64,000 nucleotides of DNA from Candidatus Levyibacteriota bacterium (GTDB lineage Bacteria > Patescibacteriota > Microgenomatia > Levybacterales > UBA12049): assembly GCA_016182185.1 (NCBI GenBank), contig JACOXU010000001.1:338915-402914 (forward strand). Direction: 5' to 3'. How positions within the stretch are numbered: position 1 is the first letter of the stretch; each line of letters opens with the position of its first letter. The notes beneath the pieces were generated by a model. It made no database searches. It saw nothing but the letters and a program-made list of their open reading frames with translations, and had not been told where the DNA came from. A program made the position numbers and the translations under genes. Below, in pieces: positions 8,931 through 19,593 of the stretch.

Positions 8931-10087
8931 CAGTGGGGCTTCTTGCGCCAGATGATTTTATTGTAAATCGTAAAATTCCAAATGAGAAGTAATCCAGTAC
9001 CAATCACAAAGTAGACATAATAATACTTAATCGGAAGAATAAAAGAAAATTGCCCCTCTCCTATGAATCTATCACCTAAAAAGATAGTTCCTGTTTGGAT
9101 AAAAATTACACCAAAAGCAGACGTCGCGTAAAACTGCAGCATTTTGAAAAGATAACTGCTCAAGACGCTAACTTTTCTTTCTCCAAAAGTCCATATATTA
9201 TTAAGGTTATAGTTTGAAAAAATTGCTAAAGCCGCACCTGTTAAATTTGCCCAGGAATGGTTCCATCCGAACGAATCTGATAGAATCTTTAAAACTGCAA
9301 AATTAATGATGAATCCGAATCCTCCGACCACCAAAAATTTTCCGAATTTACCCATTATTACTTCTCTTATTCTAGTGCTAATAACGAATTTAAAGACTTC
9401 TGTTATATAACCCAATGGAGCAATTTTGGATCTTCCAAGATTCCTATCTGAAAAATGAAAAGGAACTTCTCCGATTTTAAAGCCGTCTCTAATTGCTTTA
9501 TGTAAAAATGATATCTGAAAGATATACCCCTTATAGTTTGTGAGCTCCTCTTTTTCTTTAAGAAAAACTTCTTTTTTCAAAGCTCTGTATCCTCCTGTCC
9601 AGTCGTGAACCGAAAGCTTCATAAATACTGTTCTAACAAATAAATTTGCTACAACTGAAAAGACCTTTCTCATAAATGGCCAGTTCTTTGGAATCGACCC
9701 TCCGTCGCTATATCTATTTCCAATTACCATATCGCATCCCTCATCTATTTTCTTAAGAAATTCCGGAATCTTTTGGGGATCATGCTGAAGATCTGCATCC
9801 ATTTCAAACATCACTTCGGCTCCCATATGTTCAACCGCATACGTCATTCCTCTTATGTAAGCGGCACCCAGTCCTTGTTTTTCTCCGGAATTAATATCTA
9901 TGTTTTTATACTTTTCCATTAATTTTCGAACCTCATCAGCCGTTCCATCAGGAGAATTATCATCCGCAACCAGTATATTCATGTCGTGGTTTTTTATTTG
10001 GGGAAAAATTTCGTTTTCAAGTGTTGGAATGAGCCTATCTATATTCCCCTTTTCATTATAGGTGGGGGTTACAATAACTACCTTCAT
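8930..10087 (-). CDS. Polyprenol-phosphate mannose synthase-like GT2 fused to a GtrA domain
   Basis: PTYNE, DDNSPDGT, EMDADLQHDP, R..G.SK; C-terminal KFLVVG....IN...NY.LN..WTF GtrA motif. Confidence 0.85.
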   Translation of the reverse strand: MKVVIVTPTYNEKGNIDRLIPTLENEIFPQIKNHDMNILVADDNSPDGTADEVRKLMEKYKNIDINSGEKQGLGAAYIRGMTYAVEHMGAEVMFEMDADLQHDPQKIPEFLKKIDEGCDMVIGNRYSDGGSIPKNWPFMRKVFSVVANLFVRTVFMKLSVHDWTGGYRALKKEVFLKEKEELTNYKGYIFQISFLHKAIRDGFKIGEVPFHFSDRNLGRSKIAPLGYITEVFKFVISTRIREVIMGKFGKFLVVGGFGFIINFAVLKILSDSFGWNHSWANLTGAALAIFSNYNLNNIWTFGERKVSVLSSYLFKMLQFYATSAFGVIFIQTGTIFLGDRFIGEGQFSFILPIKYYYVYFVIGTGLLLIWNFTIYNKIIWRKKPH

Positions 10088-10129
10088 ATATTAATTAAAG
10101 CACAAAACGATACAAATGATAAATAGGCA

Positions 10130-11083
10130 TTACGGTCTTTTGAAGTATTCTATGGTTTTCTCAAGACCATTCTCAATGCTGACTTCGGGTTTCCAATCCA
10201 AAAGCTTTCTTGCTTTGGTAATATCGGGTTTTCTTGTTTTTGGATCATCTTCAGGCAGCTCCTCAAATGTAATTTCAGAATTGGAGTTAGTCATTTTTTT
10301 AATTAAATGGGCCAAATCCAAAATTGTCCTTTCATCTGGGTTACCAAGGTTTATTACTTCTCCCCGGGATTTATCTGAAAACATCACAATCTTCAACCCT
10401 TTTATCATATCATCGACAAAACAAATACTGCGCGTCTGAGTTCCGTCTCCATATACAGTAATCTCATCTCCCTTTAATGCCTGGTTTATGAAATTTGAAA
10501 CGACTCTGCCATCATCTGGTCTCATTTTTGGTCCATAAGTATTGAAAATTCTTACAATTCGGGCATCAAGATTATATTTTCTGACATATGCCATGGTAAC
10601 TGCCTCCCCATATCGTTTCCCCTCATCATACACAGAACGAACCCCATTTGGATTCACATTTCCGAAATATGTTTCATCTTGAGGAGAGACAGTTGGATCT
10701 CCATAAACTTCCGAGGAAGATGCAAAAAGAAAGCAAGCCCTGTGCTTTCGTCCTAATTCTAAAAGATTGTATGTTCCCTGAGAATTAACAAGCAGGGTCT
10801 CGACTGGAAATTTAATATAACTTCTTGGGCTCTTTTGGCTTGGGGATGCCGGAGAAGCAAGGTGAAAAATATAATCTATTTTATTTATAGATAAATTCTT
10901 AAGTTGAATTAGGTCCTGATTTATAAATCTGAAGTTTTTATTTTTTTCAAGGTCTCTAAGATTTTTTATTTCGCCGGTAATAAGATTGTCTATACATATT
11001 ACTTTATAATTATCATCAAGTAAACTTTTGCATAAATGTGATCCAATAAAACCTGCACCTCCAGCAACAAGTACTGTCTGCAT
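10130..11083 (-). CDS. UDP-glucuronate decarboxylase (UDP-xylose synthase-like SDR)
   Basis: GGAGFIGSH, HLASPASP, SSSEVYGDP, YDEGKR, RIFNTYGP.M..DDGRVVSNF. Confidence 0.85.
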   Translation of the reverse strand: MQTVLVAGGAGFIGSHLCKSLLDDNYKVICIDNLITGEIKNLRDLEKNKNFRFINQDLIQLKNLSINKIDYIFHLASPASPSQKSPRSYIKFPVETLLVNSQGTYNLLELGRKHRACFLFASSSEVYGDPTVSPQDETYFGNVNPNGVRSVYDEGKRYGEAVTMAYVRKYNLDARIVRIFNTYGPKMRPDDGRVVSNFINQALKGDEITVYGDGTQTRSICFVDDMIKGLKIVMFSDKSRGEVINLGNPDERTILDLAHLIKKMTNSNSEITFEELPEDDPKTRKPDITKARKLLDWKPEVSIENGLEKTIEYFKRP

Positions 11084-11086
11084 AAT

Positions 11087-12061
11087 TTATTTACTTCTTT
11101 TTTCCCTTTCTAAATCTGCTTTTACCATTATCTCCACCAGTCTTTTAAATGTTGTTTTTGGCTGCCATCCTAATATTCTCTTTGCCCGACTAGCATCCCC
11201 GATCAGATAATCCACCTCTGCAGGACGCATGTGCTCAGGCTTGTTTACTGTGACATATTTCTTCCAATCAGAAATACCAACAACATCAAATGCAAGCTCT
11301 ACAAATTCTTTTACGCTATGATTTTCACCCATTGCGACCACATAATCGTCTGACTTTGGCTGTTGAAGCATTAACCACATGGCTTCAACGTAGTCTTTTG
11401 CATAGCCCCAATCTCTTTTGGGCTCAAGTGAACCAAGCTCTAATTTTTTCTGCTTCCCGAGACTTATTCTGACAACTGCATGACTTATTTTTCTTGTTAC
11501 AAATTCAAGTCCTCTTCTGGGGGACTCGTGATTAAAAAGTATTCCAGAACAGGCAAAGATATCAAAACTCTCTCTGTAATTTACAGTAATATAATGACCA
11601 TAAACTTTTGCGACTCCGTAAGGACTCCTCGGATGAAATCTGGTGGTTTCTTTTTGTGGGGTTTCTGTTACTTTGCCAAACATCTCAGATGATGAAGCCT
11701 GATAAAATTTAATTTTAGGATTTACAGCTCTTATAGCCTCTAGTAGTCTGGTAACTCCAAGGGCAGTAAACTCTCCTGTTAATACAGGTTGATTCCAGGA
11801 GGTTTTTACAAAAGATTGCGCTGCAAGATTATAAACCTCATCGGGTTCTGATTCTATAAGCGCTGAGGACAGAGAACTTTGATCAAGTAAGTCCCCCTGA
11901 ATTAATTCAATTTTATCAATTATATTATTGATTCTTTCAAAGTTAATTGTGCTTGTTCTTCTGGTTAATCCGTATACTTTATAACCCTTTTCAAGTAAAA
12001 ACTCTGCAAGATAAGAGCCATCCTGACCCGTAATTCCTGTTATAAGGGCTTTTTTTGCCAT
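11087..12061 (-). CDS. gmd: GDP-mannose 4,6-dehydratase
   Basis: [48 protein letters not shown]. Confidence 0.95.
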   Translation of the reverse strand: MAKKALITGITGQDGSYLAEFLLEKGYKVYGLTRRTSTINFERINNIIDKIELIQGDLLDQSSLSSALIESEPDEVYNLAAQSFVKTSWNQPVLTGEFTALGVTRLLEAIRAVNPKIKFYQASSSEMFGKVTETPQKETTRFHPRSPYGVAKVYGHYITVNYRESFDIFACSGILFNHESPRRGLEFVTRKISHAVVRISLGKQKKLELGSLEPKRDWGYAKDYVEAMWLMLQQPKSDDYVVAMGENHSVKEFVELAFDVVGISDWKKYVTVNKPEHMRPAEVDYLIGDASRAKRILGWQPKTTFKRLVEIMVKADLEREKRSK

Positions 12062-12071
12062 ATTGATTATT

Positions 12072-13031
12072 TTAGGTTATATTTCTCCAATAGTCCAGTG
12101 TATCTTCCAACGTCTTTTCTAGCGGAATTTCGGGCTTCCATCCTGTAAGTTTTTGAAATTTTCCTGCATCACATCTTAATTCAGGTATATCAATTGGCCT
12201 TAACAATTTTTCGTCTACATTTACTCTGATCTTTTTCGAAGACAAAGAAATTAATTGATCCAAGATATCGGATATTTTATAAGCCTGTCCTGAGCCAATA
12301 TTATAGACATCACCAGCTTCTCCCTTTTCAATTGCCAAAACATAGGCCCTTATCATGTCTCTGACATCTGTGAAATCACGCATGCTCTCTAGATTGCCGA
12401 CTGACATAACCGGTTCTGAGTTATTTTTTTCGATTTCGGCTATTTTTTTGGCAAAAGCGGAAACTACAAATGAAGGAGACTGTTTCGGACCTATATGATT
12501 AAAGGGCCTTACTCTGACAATTTTGAGCTTATGAGCAAGATAGTATTGTAAACCCAAAAAATCCTGTGTTATTTTAGATACAGAATATGGACTGGTAGGT
12601 TTTAATTCTGTTTTTTCATCAATTGGCAGATCATCTGGGCTAACCAATCCGTATATTTCTGCTGAGGAAACCACGAGTATGCGTGATTTCCAAAACTCAA
12701 GTGTTTTCACTGCCTCCAAAATATTAATTTGAGCCTTAATATTATTCATCATTGTTTCTCCTGGATTTTCAAAGCTTGCCATAGGAGATGGATGCGCGGC
12801 TAAATGAAAAATAAAATCAGGCCTCAACTTTTCAATCATAGTCCTCACTTTTTCTGCGTCTATCAAATCTAAGTGAATAAGATTTATTTTATTTTTTACG
12901 TGAATTAAATTTTTGAGGCTTTTCTCAAGAAGAAACGTTCCCGAAATTTGGAAACTTTTATTAAGAAGTAAATGTTCAATCAAGAAGCTTCCTGCAAAAC
13001 CTGAAGCGCCAGTTATTAATACCTTTTTCAT
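12072..13031 (-). CDS. GDP-4-keto-6-deoxymannose reductase-like SDR (Rmd-like)
   Basis: [47 protein letters not shown]; adjacent to gmd. Confidence 0.7.
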   Translation of the reverse strand: MKKVLITGASGFAGSFLIEHLLLNKSFQISGTFLLEKSLKNLIHVKNKINLIHLDLIDAEKVRTMIEKLRPDFIFHLAAHPSPMASFENPGETMMNNIKAQINILEAVKTLEFWKSRILVVSSAEIYGLVSPDDLPIDEKTELKPTSPYSVSKITQDFLGLQYYLAHKLKIVRVRPFNHIGPKQSPSFVVSAFAKKIAEIEKNNSEPVMSVGNLESMRDFTDVRDMIRAYVLAIEKGEAGDVYNIGSGQAYKISDILDQLISLSSKKIRVNVDEKLLRPIDIPELRCDAGKFQKLTGWKPEIPLEKTLEDTLDYWRNIT

Positions 13032-14323
13032 CTACCAACACCCGTATAAGTGAAGCCAAGTTCTTTAATTTTTTGAGGATCATAGATATTCCTCCCATCA
13101 ATAATGTTTGGAATCCTCATCTGTCCCTTAAGAAGTTTAAAATCCAGTTCCTTAAATTCGTTCCAGTCTGTAATTACAATTATCGCATCTGCATCTTTTG
13201 CTGCTTCATATGCATCTTTACAAAACTTAACTTTATCACCCAGAATTTTTCTTGCCACCACCATTGCCTGGGGATCAAATACCTTAACATTTGCTCTGTT
13301 TTGTCTCAAAAGTTCTATAATATCTAAAGATTGAGCATCTCTCATATCATCTGTGTTGGGTTTAAAAGAAAGCCCTAAAATCCCAATTGTTTTTCCTCTA
13401 AGATCTCCGAGTAATCTTCTCGTTTTTTTCACTATATCTCGTCTTGCCAGCCCATTTATTTTCTCGACTTCATCAAGTAAGGCAAAATTGTAATCATAAT
13501 CCTTTGCTATAGCAATAAGCGCTTTTACATCTTTTGGGAAACAGCTTCCGCCATATCCAGGACCCGGAGCCAAAAATTCACTACCAATTCTTTTATCAAC
13601 ACCTATTCCTTCAAGTACCTTAAGCCCATCCGCTCCTGAGAGCTCTGATAGCTTTGCTATTGCGTTCGCAAAAGAAATTTTGGTAGCCAAAAAAGAATTC
13701 GAAGCATATTTTATAAGCTCTGCTGTTTCAAGATTAGTTAATATTACTCGTCCATCAATCGGTTTATGAAGATCTAGAAGAAACTTCCGTGCTTTTTTAT
13801 TTTCGCTGCCGATTACAATTCTGTCCGGATTTAATGTGTCCTGAATTGCTGTACCTTCCCGTAGGAACTCAGGGGCAGAAGCTATATCAAACTCTGTATC
13901 TTTAGACTTAACTTCATCTATTAATTGCTTGATTCTTTTGTTGGTTCCAACAGGAACAGTACTCTTAGTAGCAATGACTGTATATCCCTTCTTCAAATTT
14001 TTTCCGATTTTTTCCGCAACGTCAAAAACCCCAAAAAGCTCTGCATCTCCGGTTTTATTAGGCGGAGTACCTACTGCAATAAAAACTACATCAGAATTTG
14101 GTATTGCGGGTTTATAATCAAGCGTGAAAAGAAGTCTTTTTGCATTGATATTTCTTTTAACAATCTCTTCAAGCCCTGGCTCATAAAAGGGTGGAATGCC
14201 TTTTTTTAGATTTTCTATTTTTTCGCGAGTTCTGCCGATTACCCAAACAGTATTACCTAAATCAGCAAAAATTGAAGCAGTAACCAGTCCCACATATCCG
14301 TGTCCAATAAAAGTTATGGTCAT
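13028..14323 (-). CDS. ugd: UDP-glucose/GDP-mannose dehydrogenase family protein
   Basis: GHGYVG, KSTVPVGT, PEFLREG, GYGGSCFPKD, FKPNTDDMR. Confidence 0.9.
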   Translation of the reverse strand: MTITFIGHGYVGLVTASIFADLGNTVWVIGRTREKIENLKKGIPPFYEPGLEEIVKRNINAKRLLFTLDYKPAIPNSDVVFIAVGTPPNKTGDAELFGVFDVAEKIGKNLKKGYTVIATKSTVPVGTNKRIKQLIDEVKSKDTEFDIASAPEFLREGTAIQDTLNPDRIVIGSENKKARKFLLDLHKPIDGRVILTNLETAELIKYASNSFLATKISFANAIAKLSELSGADGLKVLEGIGVDKRIGSEFLAPGPGYGGSCFPKDVKALIAIAKDYDYNFALLDEVEKINGLARRDIVKKTRRLLGDLRGKTIGILGLSFKPNTDDMRDAQSLDIIELLRQNRANVKVFDPQAMVVARKILGDKVKFCKDAYEAAKDADAIIVITDWNEFKELDFKLLKGQMRIPNIIDGRNIYDPQKIKELGFTYTGVGR

Positions 14324-15192
14324 AAATTTTCTAGTTGTTTTTTTATCTCTATTAGGCCTTCTTCAAAAGTTTTCATCTTTATTCCTAATTTTCCTATTTT
14401 ATCATTTTTAATTCTAAGATGAAATGGCCTTTTGGCTTTATTTTTAAAGTATTCCTCTCTTGTAATTTTGTTTATCAAAGATTTATCTAAATTTAAAACA
14501 TTTGCTATTAATAGTGCGGACTCATAGGGAGAAATACTTTGACTTCCAACCAGATGGTACTTTCCGCTTATTTTATTCTTTATGATAAAATCCAATGCTT
14601 GCACGATGTCATCTATAAAAGTAGGTGTTATTATCTGATCATAAACGGCATAAATAGGCACATTTTGTTTTAGTTTATTTAAGACAGCTCGAACAAAATC
14701 AGTTTTTCTGTCGAATCTAGTACGATAAGGAAATGCAATTCGAAGAATCAAACTTTGATTCATGCCCATCAATAATTTCTCGCCTTCATATTTAGTTTTT
14801 GCATACCAATTAATCGGATCGGGTGTATCCTCTTCATTATATCCGTCTTCTTTCTCTCCATTGAAGACAAAGTCTGTTGAAAAATAGATCAGTTTCTTAC
14901 CACTTTTCTTACAAGCATCTGCAATATTTTGTGTTCCATCAACATTGATTTTCCAAGCTTCACCATTTGATCCTTGTTCTTTGTCATTTTCGCATCCATC
15001 TACATCGGCTTTGGAAGCAAGGTGTAAAACTATTGGCGAATCAGAGAAAATAATTTTATCTTCAATTATTTTTTTTTGAGTGATATCAAATCCTGAACTT
15101 ATACTTAAATTTTCAAATTCATACTGATCTTTAAGAAGCTCTACTATTCTTGAACCCACCATTCCTGATAATCCAGTCCCTAAAATTTTCAT
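14320..15192 (-). CDS. rmlD: dTDP-4-dehydrorhamnose reductase family
   Basis: STDFVFNG, P.P.NWYAKTKYEGE, DQ..TPT. Confidence 0.75.
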   Translation of the reverse strand: MKILGTGLSGMVGSRIVELLKDQYEFENLSISSGFDITQKKIIEDKIIFSDSPIVLHLASKADVDGCENDKEQGSNGEAWKINVDGTQNIADACKKSGKKLIYFSTDFVFNGEKEDGYNEEDTPDPINWYAKTKYEGEKLLMGMNQSLILRIAFPYRTRFDRKTDFVRAVLNKLKQNVPIYAVYDQIITPTFIDDIVQALDFIIKNKISGKYHLVGSQSISPYESALLIANVLNLDKSLINKITREEYFKNKAKRPFHLRIKNDKIGKLGIKMKTFEEGLIEIKKQLENL

Positions 15193-16202
15193 AGTTTTCC
15201 ATATTGCTTATTGTAATACTCCTGATATTCTCCGGTTTTCACTCTTTTCCACCAATCTGAATTTTTTTTATACCATTCCACTGTTTTTTCGAGCCATTCA
15301 TCAAAGCTATGTTGTGGCTCCCAATCCAGTTCATTTTTTATCTTTGACCAATCGACTGCATATTTTCTATCATGTCCTGGACGATCTTTTATAAATTCGA
15401 TCATTTCTTCGTTTGCATTAAGTATTTTTATAATTTTTTTAACTATTGACAGGTTGTTAATATCTTCTGTTAATCCTCCGACGCAATAGGTGTCGCCGAC
15501 TTTTCCTTTTTGTAAAATTTTATCAACTGCCCTGCAATGATCTTCTACATAAAGCCAGTCTCTTACATAAAGTCCGTCTCCGTAAACCGGAATTTTTTTA
15601 TTTTCTAATAAATTTGTAATTGCCAGAGGTATTAATTTCTCGGGAAATTGGTAGGGGCCAAAATTGTTTGAGCAATTTGAGATTGTAATAGGTAGTCCAT
15701 AAGTTGTAAAGTATGCCCTTACTAAATGATCCGAGCTGGATTTACTTGCCGAATAAGGACTTCTGGGATTATAATTTGTTCGTTCATTAAATTTATTCAA
15801 ATCTTCTAATTCAAGACTTCCGTATACCTCATCTGTTGATATATGATGAAATCTCTTTACTTTACTTTTTATAGCTTCATCAAGAAGAATTTGTGTTCCG
15901 ACTATATTGGTCATTATAAAAGGAGCTGGCTCAGTTATTGATCTATCCACATGACTTTCCGCGGCAAAATTTACAACAATGTCTATTTCTTCCATTGCCT
16001 CCCCAACAGCTTTTCCATCACAAATATCACCGTGAATAAATTTATAATTTGGATTTTTCTCAACCTCCTTTAGATTTTCCAAATTCCCAGCATAAGTTAA
16101 TTTATCAAGATTGACAATCTTGTCTTGCGGATGATTTTTCATCCAGTAAAGAATGAAATTCGATCCAATAAACCCTGCTCCACCTGTTACAAGAATTTTC
16201 AT
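15189..16202 (-). CDS. rmlB: dTDP-glucose 4,6-dehydratase
   Basis: DKLTYAGN, AAESHVDRSI, STDEVYG, PRSPYSASK, DRPGHDRKY. Confidence 0.95.
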   Translation of the reverse strand: MKILVTGGAGFIGSNFILYWMKNHPQDKIVNLDKLTYAGNLENLKEVEKNPNYKFIHGDICDGKAVGEAMEEIDIVVNFAAESHVDRSITEPAPFIMTNIVGTQILLDEAIKSKVKRFHHISTDEVYGSLELEDLNKFNERTNYNPRSPYSASKSSSDHLVRAYFTTYGLPITISNCSNNFGPYQFPEKLIPLAITNLLENKKIPVYGDGLYVRDWLYVEDHCRAVDKILQKGKVGDTYCVGGLTEDINNLSIVKKIIKILNANEEMIEFIKDRPGHDRKYAVDWSKIKNELDWEPQHSFDEWLEKTVEWYKKNSDWWKRVKTGEYQEYYNKQYGKL

Positions 16203-16729
16203 ATTTTTTCTTCTCTATAAATTTTATCAAGCAAAAGAATACCAATTATAGTAGGTGCTGTTGATATTTGTCCTGATAAAACTTTTTCAACTGCATTTTT
16301 GAGAGAAATTTTTACTAACTTTATATCCTCGTGTTCTTCAGGTAATGATTCTTGCTTTTCAAGATTTTTTGCTAGAAATATTGAAACGTGAGATTTTATC
16401 ACGCTTCCTGATGTGTCATATTCAATAAGTTTTTTCCAATTTGAAGCAACTAGTCCGGTCTCTTCTTTCAGTTCTCTTTTTGCAGCATCAATAGCAGTTT
16501 CACCTTCATCTATATGACCTGCAGGTGCTTCAAGTATTCTCTTACTAAAGATATATCTATATTGAGAAATAAGATAAAGATTATTTTTATCAATCAATGG
16601 AAGTACTACAGAGATTGGCTTCCTATGAACAAAACTATATCTTTTGCTTCTTCCATGAGTTAATGAAAAATTTTTCTCTTCAACTTTAAAGAATTTTTGT
16701 GAGTAAATTATTGTATTTGTTTTTTTCAT
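16199..16729 (-). CDS. NUDIX hydrolase (ADP-ribose/NDP-sugar pyrophosphatase-like)
   Basis: Nudix box G.IDEGET...AAKRELKEETG; QYRY. Confidence 0.85.
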   Translation of the reverse strand: MKKTNTIIYSQKFFKVEEKNFSLTHGRSKRYSFVHRKPISVVLPLIDKNNLYLISQYRYIFSKRILEAPAGHIDEGETAIDAAKRELKEETGLVASNWKKLIEYDTSGSVIKSHVSIFLAKNLEKQESLPEEHEDIKLVKISLKNAVEKVLSGQISTAPTIIGILLLDKIYREEKI

Positions 16730-16732
16730 CTT

Positions 16733-17470
16733 TCATCTAATCTCATTATTTTTTACTTTTTCTGCCACCAGATTGTTGGCCCGTAAAAGTTCGTCGTAAG
16801 ATGTTCCGGCATCTACCCACCAATCTATAATTCCGCACTCCATAGCTCCCTCTTTCACATAAAAATTATTAAGATCCGTCACTTCGAGCTCCCCTCTTCT
16901 TGAAGGCTTAAGTTTTCTTATAAAACCAAAGACCCTGTTGTCGTACATATAAATTCCAGTTTGGGCAAGATTTGATTTTGGATTCTCAGGCTTTTCTTCA
17001 ATCGATAATACCTTATTATTTTTATCAAGTTCAATCACTCCATATTGTTTTGACTCGGTCGGCATTTCAATGGCAAAAACCATTGCTCCATTCCTCTTCT
17101 CTTCAAACTCTTTGGCTGTTTGTTTTAAATTGTAGGTAAAAATGTTGTCTCCTAAAATAACTAAGAGCTTTTCACGATCGGCAAAACTTTCAGAAAGTGC
17201 AATACCTTGAGAAATTCCTCCTGCTTCCTGCTGAATTTCATAAGAGAGTCTCAGCTCAAATTGATCTCCGCTTTTGAGAAGATTAAGAAATGCACCGGCG
17301 TGATCAGGACCGGTTATGATCAAAACCTCCTTAATTCCTGCTCTCTGCATTGCTTCAAGCGGATAATAAATCATAGGCTTGTTGTAAATCGGAAGAAGAT
17401 GTTTATTGGTCACCTGGGTCAAAGGCCTAAGTCTCGTAGCAAGACCGCCTGCTAATATTACTCCTTTCAT
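16733..17470 (-). CDS. rmlA: Glucose-1-phosphate thymidylyltransferase (RmlA/SpsI-like)
   Basis: KGVILAGG.ATRLRPLT..TNKHLLP, LGDN, EEKP, S.RGELE.TD. Confidence 0.85.
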   Translation of the reverse strand: MKGVILAGGLATRLRPLTQVTNKHLLPIYNKPMIYYPLEAMQRAGIKEVLIITGPDHAGAFLNLLKSGDQFELRLSYEIQQEAGGISQGIALSESFADREKLLVILGDNIFTYNLKQTAKEFEEKRNGAMVFAIEMPTESKQYGVIELDKNNKVLSIEEKPENPKSNLAQTGIYMYDNRVFGFIRKLKPSRRGELEVTDLNNFYVKEGAMECGIIDWWVDAGTSYDELLRANNLVAEKVKNNEIR

Positions 17471-17745
17471 AAACCAAGTCCTCCCTTCAGGAGAAAAAAA
17501 ACTGCAGCGATCCCAAATCCGGCAATAATAAAATACTCAAGAACAATCTTGCCATTGAGATCATGATTGACCATGTGATGAAAAATTCCAAAACCTGCAT
17601 AAAAAAGCGTAGTAAGAAGAACAATTAGCATCTGCAGATTCTTGTTCGGAGCTGCTACTACGACCAAAAACAAACCCAAGGCAAGAATTGTGGCAAGTGC
17701 CAAATAGTATTCTGTATGTCTGTTAATTTTTTCCGACTGCTTCAC
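17467..17745 (-). CDS. Small 3-TM membrane protein
   Basis: 92-aa hydrophobic ORF with overlapping start/stop on both neighbours. Confidence 0.7.
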   Translation of the reverse strand: MKQSEKINRHTEYYLALATILALGLFLVVVAAPNKNLQMLIVLLTTLFYAGFGIFHHMVNHDLNGKIVLEYFIIAGFGIAAVFFLLKGGLGL

Positions 17746-18632
17746 AATATTACTCCTTTGCCCAAAATTGCCAAAATAATTAAGATAGAAACAAGATAAA
17801 AGATGTGATCGGTATTGTGTCCTATAAAACGAAATAATTTTTTCCGCCCAACTATTATCATATCGACAAAAAGAACAGAAATAAATATTATCAGAACTAA
17901 ATTACTTATGTTTGATGTTAGAGAAAAACTATTAATGAGAGGCTGTTTTTTTATAACTGATAGGTTAACTTTGGAAGCCGTTTCTCCTGCAACGCTTACA
18001 TCTGGTTTCTGGACAATAGCGCTTGTTGAGACACTTTTCTCAGTTACAATCTCAGGTGAAGTACCTGCATAAACCCTACTTCCCAATTCTTGCACTACCA
18101 ATACTGTCTCTTCTCCATTTAAATTTCCAATCTCTACTGCAAAACCCACCTCGCTATAATTTTGCGATAAAATATTTGCTCTATGATCAGGACTTGCCAT
18201 CCACGCATTAGTTACTTCCTCGCTCGTACTAAATCCCCTTGCCAGATTCTCGCCGGCATAAACATAATTGTAATTTGCTTCCTTAAAGAACGCCCAAGGA
18301 CTTTTGCCGTCCGGTGAATTATGCGCCCAATAATCTTTGGCAAACATATCTTTGGCTTTATTTTGAGCAGCGGCCGCAAGCTCTGAACTTAAGGATAAAG
18401 CCGGAAGACCATTTTCTTGTCTTTTCTGATTAACAAAAGTAAGTAATTGTTCTTGACCAATACTGGTTGAAATTCCCAGAACCTGAGGCAGATTAATTCT
18501 GATACTTTCAAGAAGTATTGAACTTAAAACAAAAAAGGCAATAAAAAAAAGTAAAATATTGTGGTGGAGTAACTTTGCCCTGTAATTATTTGACCTTTGA
18601 GGAATAAAAAAATGAGACAAAAATTCTTTCAT
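17742..18632 (-). CDS. CAP (SCP) domain membrane protein
   Basis: N..R...GL..L, AA..KA.DM....YWAH.SP, AGENLA, WM.S..HRANIL. Confidence 0.85.
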   Translation of the reverse strand: MKEFLSHFFIPQRSNNYRAKLLHHNILLFFIAFFVLSSILLESIRINLPQVLGISTSIGQEQLLTFVNQKRQENGLPALSLSSELAAAAQNKAKDMFAKDYWAHNSPDGKSPWAFFKEANYNYVYAGENLARGFSTSEEVTNAWMASPDHRANILSQNYSEVGFAVEIGNLNGEETVLVVQELGSRVYAGTSPEIVTEKSVSTSAIVQKPDVSVAGETASKVNLSVIKKQPLINSFSLTSNISNLVLIIFISVLFVDMIIVGRKKLFRFIGHNTDHIFYLVSILIILAILGKGVIL

Positions 18633-18647
18633 CTTTTTGTAAGTATA

Positions 18648-18962
18648 TCACTTATATCGAGGCTGTGCCAATTTTCCAACTCTTTGTTTATTTATTGGAA
18701 TTTTGAGGAAAAATCCCAAGGCATTGGCAATTGAAATACCAACTCGCAAACCCGTAAAAGAACCGGGTCCGGTACTTACTTGAATCTCATCCATGTCTCT
18801 AGGAGTAAGAGAATTTTGCATTAGAAGTTTCTCAATCATTGGCAGCGCAACCTGTGCCTTCAGAAGACCAATTTTTTTCCTAGATACATATTTCCCCCTA
18901 TTAATTTTTAATCCTATCTTTATCTCTTTATTACTTGAAGTATCGATAATTAAAGTATTCAT
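18648..18962 (-). CDS. tsaB: t6A biosynthesis protein TsaB (short, N-terminal lobe only)
   Basis: L.IDTS and GPGSFTGLRVG...AN.L motifs; clustered with tsaC and tsaE. Confidence 0.85.
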   Translation of the reverse strand: MNTLIIDTSSNKEIKIGLKINRGKYVSRKKIGLLKAQVALPMIEKLLMQNSLTPRDMDEIQVSTGPGSFTGLRVGISIANALGFFLKIPINKQRVGKLAQPRYK

Positions 18963-18979
18963 AATTCTTAAATCTTAAA

Positions 18980-19561
18980 TCACAAATCTAATTTAACCGC
19001 TCCTTCCCTTAGAATTTTCCAAGGTTTCTTTGTACAATCAATCACAGTCGAAGGGCTCATAACAGTGCCTGTTTTGTCTTCCAAAACATAATCAACAAGC
19101 TTGATTAAGTTTTTATTTAGATCTTTAAATTTGTATGGTGTTTTTTCTCCTTGAAAATTTGCCGAAGGGGCCAAAAGCGGTACGCCGATTTTTTTAATAA
19201 TTTTAAGAATTATTGGATGATCCGGAACTCTAACTCCAAGATTTATCCCTCCGCCTCTTACTAACTCTGGCACCTTTTTAACTTTGCAAGACATAATGAT
19301 TGTTAAGGCACCCGGCCAGAATATGTTAATTAAATTATCAATAATCTCTTTATCGATTGGCTTCAAATATTTTTGCGCCATTTCAAGAGAATCAACAAGA
19401 ACTGGCACTGCTTTATTGCGGGATCTCTTGCGAATTTGAAATAGTTTTTTAATTGCTCCCTTATTATCAATTCTACAGCCAATACCAAGAGCAGTATCAG
19501 TCGGAAAGATAATTACTCCTCCCCGATTCAATATTTCAACAGCCTTTTTAATATTATCCAT
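18980..19561 (-). CDS. tsaC: L-threonylcarbamoyladenylate synthase (TsaC/YrdC)
   Basis: FPTDT..G.GC, FWPGALT, GVRVPDH, PSAN, PSTVID. Confidence 0.9.
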   Translation of the reverse strand: MDNIKKAVEILNRGGVIIFPTDTALGIGCRIDNKGAIKKLFQIRKRSRNKAVPVLVDSLEMAQKYLKPIDKEIIDNLINIFWPGALTIIMSCKVKKVPELVRGGGINLGVRVPDHPIILKIIKKIGVPLLAPSANFQGEKTPYKFKDLNKNLIKLVDYVLEDKTGTVMSPSTVIDCTKKPWKILREGAVKLDL

Positions 19562-19593
19562 GCAACTTTTAGAAATTAGATCAATTAGGTTAA

